DNA from: an uncultured bacterium
Lineage (GTDB): Bacteria; Edwardsbacteria; AC1; EtOH8
Assembly: GCA_963780225.1 (NCBI GenBank)
Contig: CAWAAX010000004.1
Location: forward strand, 164,217 to 228,216
DNA length: 64,000 nt
Reading direction: 5' to 3'
Part shown: positions 61,468 through 64,000 of the stretch, piece by piece
Layout: every line of letters starts with the position of its first letter
Position numbering within the stretch: position 1 is the first letter of the stretch
Notes under the pieces: model-generated
Seen by the model: only the letters and a program-made list of their open reading frames with translations
Told to the model about the DNA's origin: nothing
Database searches by the model: none
Position numbers and translations under genes: made by a program

Positions 61468-62426
61468 ATTATGCCTTTTTGTTTCAGGTTAGAAAGCACC
61501 TCGGCCACGGCCTGGCCCCTGCCCATGGTGTAGAAGTGGAGGCAGGGGACCTTTTGTTCATACAGCCCGGCGCAAAGTTCGGTGGCGAAGTCCACCCCGG
61601 CCTTGCGGGCCGCGGCCGGGTCCTTGGCTGAAAGTATCCGTTCCACCAAGCCCTGGGGCAGGTTGACGTGAAAATCCCGGGGGATGGCGGTCAATTGCCG
61701 GGGACTGGTAACGACCTTGATGCCGGGGATCACCGGAACGTCGATGCCCTCGGCCCGCACCCGGTCCACGTAGTTCTTGAATATTTCGGCCGAGAAGACC
61801 ATCTGGGTGATGATGTAGCTGGCCCCGGCGGCGATCTTCTCCTTTAAATGCTTGATGTCCTCGTCCAGGTTGGGGGCCTCGTAGTGCTTTTCGGGGTAGC
61901 CGGCCACGCCCACGCAAAAATTGGTGGGATCGGCCACATCCAGTTCCTCCAGGTATTTCCCCTTGTTCAGGTTGGAAGCCTGCTCCACCAGCTCCGAGGC
62001 ATAGCGGTGGCCGTCCTTCTCCGGCTCGAACTCGCCGAAGCCCGGCGGGGGGTCGCCCCTCAGCGCGAACAGGTTGGTGAAGCCCAGGTAGTGGAAGTCT
62101 ATTAAAGCGTCCTCGGTCTCGTACTTGTTGAACCCGCCGCAGATCAGGTGGGGCACGGTTTCTATCTGGTACTTGTTGGCCAGGGCCGCGCAGATGCCCA
62201 CGGTGCCGGGCTTCTTGCGGCGGGGGATCTTGCGGATGACCTCGTCCACCTCCTCGTAGACTATGCTCTGCTGGTGGTAGGTGACGTTGATGAAGGAGGG
62301 GTCGTAGGGCTTAAGCAGGTCCACGGCCTGGTAGATGCTCTGGATGCTGTGGCCCTTTTCGGGCGGGGTGATCTCCAGGGAGACCAGGGTCTTTTTGCGG
62401 TTCTGGAGGTATTCGGTGATGTGCAT
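61464..62426 (-). CDS. metF: Methylenetetrahydrofolate reductase
   Basis: SLEITPP, VPHLIC, ALRGD, VAGYPEKH, IITQM, LHFYTM. Confidence 0.93.
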   Translation of the reverse strand: MHITEYLQNRKKTLVSLEITPPEKGHSIQSIYQAVDLLKPYDPSFINVTYHQQSIVYEEVDEVIRKIPRRKKPGTVGICAALANKYQIETVPHLICGGFNKYETEDALIDFHYLGFTNLFALRGDPPPGFGEFEPEKDGHRYASELVEQASNLNKGKYLEELDVADPTNFCVGVAGYPEKHYEAPNLDEDIKHLKEKIAAGASYIITQMVFSAEIFKNYVDRVRAEGIDVPVIPGIKVVTSPRQLTAIPRDFHVNLPQGLVERILSAKDPAAARKAGVDFATELCAGLYEQKVPCLHFYTMGRGQAVAEVLSNLKQKGII

Positions 62427-62618
62427 GGTTTTTTTGATGAGCTCCCAAGTGGTTGAGGGGAATTACCTTTATAAGGAAGGCAGGAATACAGGAAAAAATT
62501 GAAAATGGGTGATGCCGTGTAATCGCTAATGATATAATATTGCTTTCGGCTATGTCAAGCATAAAATGGGCTTTGGGGGCTTATATTTGGGGGAACATAA
62601 ACGGTTCCGGGTTTTGGT

Positions 62619-62652
62619 TTCATAGCCCATACATTAATGTATGGGCTATGAA
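62619..62652. repeat. 34-bp perfect palindrome left of tnpA
   Basis: ttcatagcccatacatt-aatgtatgggctatgaa. Confidence 0.9.
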
Positions 62653-62744
62653 TATATTTATGCCTGGACTAAGCTGTTTTTGTCCTACATGATTTATATA
62701 CTATCGTTTAATAACATAGCTAAGAAAAATTTAGGAGAATAAAA

Positions 62745-63191
62745 ATGCCCCATTCGTATTCCAAAATATGGATCCATCTGGTCTGGAGCACCAAAGACCG
62801 CCTGCCCTATCTTACTAAAGAGATAAAGAGCAAGGTGATCTTTCATATCAGGGAAAAAGCAAAAACCGAAGGGATATATGTCGATACCATTAACGGGGCA
62901 GAAGACCATGTCCATTGCCTGATCGAGCTTGGTTTGAAACGTAGCATAGCCGAGGTGGTAAGCCTGTTGAAAGGCGAATCGTCTCATTGGGTCAATGAAC
63001 AGGCGTTGATGAAATTTCATTTCAATTGGCAGATCGGGTATGGCGCGTTTTCATTGGCTGAATCGCAATTGGATACAGTCCGCCGGTATATCCTGAACCA
63101 AGAAGAACATCATAAGGCAAAAGCGTTCGAGCAAGAATACAACGAATTGCTAATGGCCTATAACGTTGTCAATGCGGACAAAAGGCCGTGA
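62745..63191 (+). mobile_element. tnpA: IS200/IS605-family Y1 (HUH) transposase TnpA, no tnpB
   Basis: IHLVWSTKDR, EDHVHCL (HUH), LKGESS.W, WQIGYGAFS, YILNQEEHH. Confidence 0.93.
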
Positions 63192-63224
63192 ACGGCCTGA
63201 TAGGTTTGGTTTGTGGTTTTATTT

Positions 63225-63254
63225 AATAGCCCATACATTAATGTATGGGCTATT
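63225..63254. repeat. 30-bp perfect palindrome right of tnpA
   Basis: aatagcccatacatt-aatgtatgggctatt, same 28-bp core as left copy. Confidence 0.9.
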
Positions 63255-63488
63255 GATTTTTGCCCCTTTGGGGGCATACAGCATAGGGTTCCCCCAGCAG
63301 GTTTTAGCCTTGACTTTAACCTCTATAAGTGTTAAAATTATAATCTTACTTTTAAAACTAATGTAAGGCCTATGTCAATGCAATACAATTACATAGTAAT
63401 CTGGCTGGTAGAAGACCCCTTTGACTGAATAGACCGTTCAAGAGGCCGGTCTTGCTTTATTGAACCCTAAGCTAGATTTTCCTGTTCC

Positions 63489-63649
63489 ATTGCCACGAGC
63501 TTCAGCTCGTGGTTGAAGGGTTAAAAAAATTTGGGGTTTCAACCCCACATGGAGAAATCATAGTTTAAGCCTCTCTGGGGCTAAAGCCCACCGGATTTAG
63601 TTGAATGTCTTCCACGACCTAAAGGTCGTGGCAATAAAGTCGTGGCAAT
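63489..63649. repeat. REPIN-like composite of four hairpins
   Basis: attgccacgagcttcagctcgtgg .. ggggtttcaacccc .. gggctaaagccc .. ccacgacctaaaggtcgtggcaat. Confidence 0.75.
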
Positions 63650-63860
63650 GCTTGCGCTGACCCTTCGATTTGTCAAGCAAGGCACTGGGCTCAGGGTGAC
63701 ATCAATGCAAAGAGGGGCCGGCCTGCCCGCCGCAGTCATTTGCTTATAGAAGCAGGCGGGGGGTAGAGTTCCAAAGCCCCCAACATTTCCCAAGAAATAG
63801 TAAAATAAATAAAAACCAGGTCCTAATATCCTTAGGGCCGCACAATCAGGAGGAACAAAA

Positions 63861-64000
63861 ATGGCCAAGAAACGAGTTCTGATCATGGGAGCCGCCGGGC
63901 GCGACTTCCATAATTTCAACACCTATTTCCGCAACAACAAGGATTATCAAGTGGTGGCCTTCACCGCCACCCAGATCCCGGACATCGCCGGACGCAAGTA
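63861..64000 (+). CDS. Cyclic 2,3-diphosphoglycerate synthase-like predicted GTPase, 3'-truncated by window edge (not in ORF track)
   Basis: aggagg RBS; MAKKRVLIMGAAGRDFHNFNTYFR..VVAFTATQIPDIAGRK. Confidence 0.8.
   Translation, partial: MAKKRVLIMGAAGRDFHNFNTYFRNNKDYQVVAFTATQIPDIAGRK

Noticed and set aside
62427..62560. SAM riboswitch upstream of metF-metH
   Set aside because: Short leader with a promoter-like TTGACA/TATCAT and an 8-mer repeat; no SAM-I core recognised by eye

Overview
Bacterial chromosomal window from a diderm, probably anaerobic organism. FlgD-Ig/T9SS-type C-terminal domains, a PorV-like gene and LPS heptose genes suggest an FCB-related candidate lineage (inference only). 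It holds housekeeping genes (rplQ 3' end, ychF, thiL, glnA, tadA, tyrS, gmhB, dinB, metH, metF), tRNA-Ser(CGA) and tRNA-Arg(ACG), glycosylation genes, several large secreted proteases, a TlpA/Omp28/DUF6029-like redox cluster and an IS200-family Y1 transposase between perfect palindromes. The strongest finding is a class III ribonucleotide reductase locus (nrdR-nrdD-OMP-small ORF-thioredoxin-like-nrdG). Its NrdD ends cleanly, with a stop codon at the position of the radical glycine. The glycyl-radical motif (ITRVTGYF..WNKGK..EL.DR) is instead encoded on a separate 95-aa protein, suggesting a naturally split glycyl-radical enzyme. Intergenic DNA carries several families of small palindromic and tandem-repeat elements, including 116-bp repeats built from the tRNA-Ser 3' end. 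Caveat: about nine genes carry frameshifts and two carry imperfect local duplications that look like sequencing or assembly errors, so single-base claims need read-level confirmation.
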